This document shows, piece after piece, positions 62,041 through 64,000 of a stretch of 64,000 nt of DNA. The DNA lies in the NCBI GenBank assembly GCA_963833985.1, contig CAWIAD010000002.1, positions 1,984,001 through 2,048,000 of the forward strand. The letters are read 5' to 3'. This DNA comes from an uncultured Planctomycetaceae bacterium. GTDB lineage: Bacteria > Planctomycetota > Planctomycetia > Isosphaerales > Isosphaeraceae. Each line of letters begins with the position of its first letter. Position 1 is the stretch's first letter. A program made the position numbers and the translations under genes. A model generated the notes under the pieces. The model searched no databases. It was given only the letters and a program-made list of their open reading frames with translations, and was not told where the DNA came from.

Positions 62041-62481
62041 TTGCGAGCGAAGACCGTGCGATTGCTTGCAGATTCTCAGGCGCTCAGGGATGCTCTCTCG
62101 TGGAATCCAGACGGACTCGTACCGGCGATCGTCCAGGACGCAACAAGCGGCGAAGTGCTGATGATGGCCTGGGTGAATCACGTCGCGCTGGAGAAGACGC
62201 TCGCGCTGGGACAGACGCATTTCTATTCCAGGTCGCGGGGCTCCCTCTGGCACAAGGGGGCGACTTCAGGACACGTCCAGGAGGTCGAATCGATCCACGT
62301 CGACTGTGACGGCGACGTGCTCCTTATCAAGGTCCGCCAGCACGGCGGCGCCTGCCACGAGGGCTATCGCTCCTGCTTCTACCGCCGCGTGAACGAGGCC
62401 GGAACGCTCGAGGTGGATGCGACACCAATCTTCAGCGCCGCCGACGTGTACCGGGGCAAGCCGGAGCCGCCGCCGAGGTGA
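62041..62481 (+). CDS. hisI: Phosphoribosyl-AMP cyclohydrolase
   Basis: [37 protein letters not shown]; start may be 15-21 nt further downstream. Confidence 0.95.
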   Translation: MRAKTVRLLADSQALRDALSWNPDGLVPAIVQDATSGEVLMMAWVNHVALEKTLALGQTHFYSRSRGSLWHKGATSGHVQEVESIHVDCDGDVLLIKVRQHGGACHEGYRSCFYRRVNEAGTLEVDATPIFSAADVYRGKPEPPPR

Positions 62482-62865
62482 TCCACCGAGGCTGAGGGGC
62501 TCGCGCACGCGCTTGTGCGAACCATTTTCTCCCAGCGCCCCACCGCCCGACCCGCAGCCGCGAGGCCGCGCCCTGCGCACGAGCGCGGAGCGACCAACAC
62601 TTCGGCTTCCGCGGTCACGAGCTGGCGCACTGCGCCCGGAGTCGAGCCCATGAACGAGGGCTCACCCAATTCCTGCTTCTGGACCGTCTGGTCTCGCGGA
62701 GTCGAGCTGGGGAGCAGCCTTCGCCAAGCCTGCACGCAACCGGTCTTTCGCGGCGCGGGCGTGAGCTATTAAAATACGGACTTCCGCACCACCGGCAACC
62801 AACCCGCGGACGCGAGGAAAGAACGCGTGCCGCGCGTGCCGGCTGACCATACGAGGAATCGATTG

Positions 62866-64000
62866 ATGCGAAAACCGCGACTCATGACGCCTGGTCCCGC
62901 GAACGTTCCCGAAGAAGTGCTCCTGGAGCTGGCCCGGCCGGTGATCCACCATCGCTCGGCCGAGGCCAAGCAGGTCATTGTCGAGGTGACCGAGGGGCTC
63001 AAGCATGTCTTCCAGACGCGGAACGACGTCCTGATCCTCACGGCTTCGGGAACGGGGGCCATGGAGGCCGCGGCCGTCAACACGGTACCGCCGGGCGGCA
63101 AAGCCCTGGTGCTCAGCGCGGGCTACTTCGCGGCGCGATGGGGAAGTATCTGCAAGGCTTACGGGATCCACGCGGTCACGCTGGAGACCGAATGGGGCCA
63201 GCCCGTGGATCCCGGGCAGGTTGAGAACGCCCTGCGGCAGCATCCCGATACAGCCTGCGTGATGGGCACCCTGAGCGAGACCTCGACGGGCACCGGCCAT
63301 CCGGTCGAGGCGATCGGCAAGGTGGTCGCAGCCACGCCGGCCGTATTCGCCGTCGACGGCATCTCCGGCGTGGGCGCCATGGAGTGCCGGACCGATGAGT
63401 GGGGCATCGACCTCCTGGCCGTGGGCTCGCAGAAGGCACTCATGCTGCCGCCGGGTCTGGCGTTCCTGGCGGTGAGCGACAAGGCCTGGGCGAAGATCGA
63501 CGCCTTCGAGGCGCGCAGTTTCTACTTCAACCTCAAGGCGGCGCGCAAGAAGGCGAAGGAGTTTGACACGCCCTATACTCCGGCCCACACGCTCATTCTC
63601 GCCTTGCGGGCCTCATTGCGGCGCATCAAGGAGGAGGGCCTGGAAAACATCCTGGAACGCCACCGCCGCATGAGTGAGGCGTGCCAGGCGGGTGTGCGTG
63701 CGCTGGGGCTGGAGCTGTTCAGCGCCCGGCCGGCCGAGGGGCTGACGGCGTTCCGCGTTCCCGAAGGTTTCAAAGATACCGACATCCGCAACAAGCTGAC
63801 CGAACGCTTTGGCATTACCACGGTGGGCGGCCAGGACAAGCTCAAGGGGAAGATCATCCGCATTGGCCACATGGGCTACACTGACGAGATCGATGTGGTG
63901 GCCACCCTGGCGGCGCTGGAGATGGCGCTGGGTGAGCTGGGATATGACGTCGAGCCGGGCGCCGCCGTGACGGCGGCCCAGCAGGTCCTGATGGGCAAGC
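62866..64000 (+). CDS. Class V PLP aminotransferase (alanine/serine-glyoxylate type), 3' end outside the window
   Basis: Hand translation: MRKPRLMTPGP, SGTGAMEA, ETSTG, VDGIS, GSQKALMLPPG, RIGHMG. Confidence 0.93.
   Translation, partial: MRKPRLMTPGPANVPEEVLLELARPVIHHRSAEAKQVIVEVTEGLKHVFQTRNDVLILTASGTGAMEAAAVNTVPPGGKALVLSAGYFAARWGSICKAYGIHAVTLETEWGQPVDPGQVENALRQHPDTACVMGTLSETSTGTGHPVEAIGKVVAATPAVFAVDGISGVGAMECRTDEWGIDLLAVGSQKALMLPPGLAFLAVSDKAWAKIDAFEARSFYFNLKAARKKAKEFDTPYTPAHTLILALRASLRRIKEEGLENILERHRRMSEACQAGVRALGLELFSARPAEGLTAFRVPEGFKDTDIRNKLTERFGITTVGGQDKLKGKIIRIGHMGYTDEIDVVATLAALEMALGELGYDVEPGAAVTAAQQVLMGK

Noticed and set aside
62789..62843. Riboswitch upstream of the aminotransferase
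   Set aside because: Only one GC-rich interrupted hairpin, with no glycine, SAM, ZTP or other aptamer consensus.

Overview
High-GC bacterial DNA, most likely Planctomycetota (inferred from a DUF1559 pilin-like gene, two proteins with the planctomycete LExR export motif, and FG-GAP proteins). 1-24.4 kb: a thioredoxin-trypsin fusion, then a long minus-strand carbohydrate cluster (Zn-dehydrogenase, SDR, split transketolase, LacI regulator, TIM-barrel isomerase, Gfo/Idh/MocA, MFS, two FG-GAP proteins, two glycoside hydrolases, cyclase) with a sigma70-like promoter and LacI-type operator, then an XylR-like regulator, DUF1559 plus lipoprotein, and DUF1080. 24.7-44.2 kb: hpnCDE, a secreted protein with two tandem paralogues, a kinase/membrane-phosphatase pair, a methyltransferase, a PEP-CTERM protein, a 2248-aa beta-helix surface protein and a thioredoxin-family gene. 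44.2-64 kb: a complete IS1634-family element, small phosphohydrolase genes, lemA, LRR, Ser/Thr kinase, FKBP, surE, peroxiredoxin, a TPR membrane protein, an HD hydrolase, hisI and a class V aminotransferase. The best candidate for an undescribed system is a GxxExxY (PD-(D/E)XK-type) gene lying between the two transketolase halves. It is enclosed by inverted arrays of a 9-bp unit and both of its junctions are tandemly duplicated. Second is a non-coding element with IS4-like terminal repeats and a 10-bp target duplication that carries one or two REP-like palindrome cassettes. About ten isolated frameshifts look like long-read consensus errors. All assignments come from motif reading; no database search was run.
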